From contig OX597830.1 in NCBI GenBank assembly GCA_951406725.2, forward strand, positions 3,658,001 through 3,722,000: DNA of 64,000 bases, written 5' to 3'. Positions 63,932 through 64,000 of this stretch are shown here, in pieces. The stretch comes from Octopus vulgaris (taxonomy: Eukaryota). A program made the translations under genes and the position numbers. Every line of letters begins with the position of its first letter. Within the stretch, counting starts at the first letter, position 1. Below the pieces are notes generated by a model. The model made no database searches. It saw nothing but the letters and a program-made list of their open reading frames with translations, and was not told the origin of the DNA.

Positions 63932-64000
63932 TATATATATGACTGGCCTTCATGCCAGTGGCATGTAAAAAGCAACCACTACACTCTCAGAGTGGTTGGC

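Overview
AT-rich, microsatellite-dense animal non-coding DNA. The repeat landscape suggests an octopus/cephalopod, but that is inference. No intact host gene is recognisable; the only host-like signal is one good minus-strand exon candidate (22864-22968). Almost all interpretable sequence is transposon debris: a decayed Helitron Rep/helicase, RTE LINEs with a 63-bp VNTR in the 3' UTR, CR1/L2-type LINEs, a Gypsy LTR element with a nested LINE, several mariner/maT DNA transposons (one near-intact at 62653-63931), Dong/R4 tails in (TAA)n, a Penelope GIY-YIG fragment and at least three tRNA-derived SINE families. The most unusual layer is a set of short non-coding elements, many folded back as inverted repeats, that carry type I hammerhead-ribozyme cores from several unrelated families. 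The best example is a tRNA-headed, hammerhead-tailed element inserted as a head-to-head inverted dimer with a 10-bp target-site duplication (24357-26107). All alignments and folds were done by eye, so coordinates of decayed elements are approximate.
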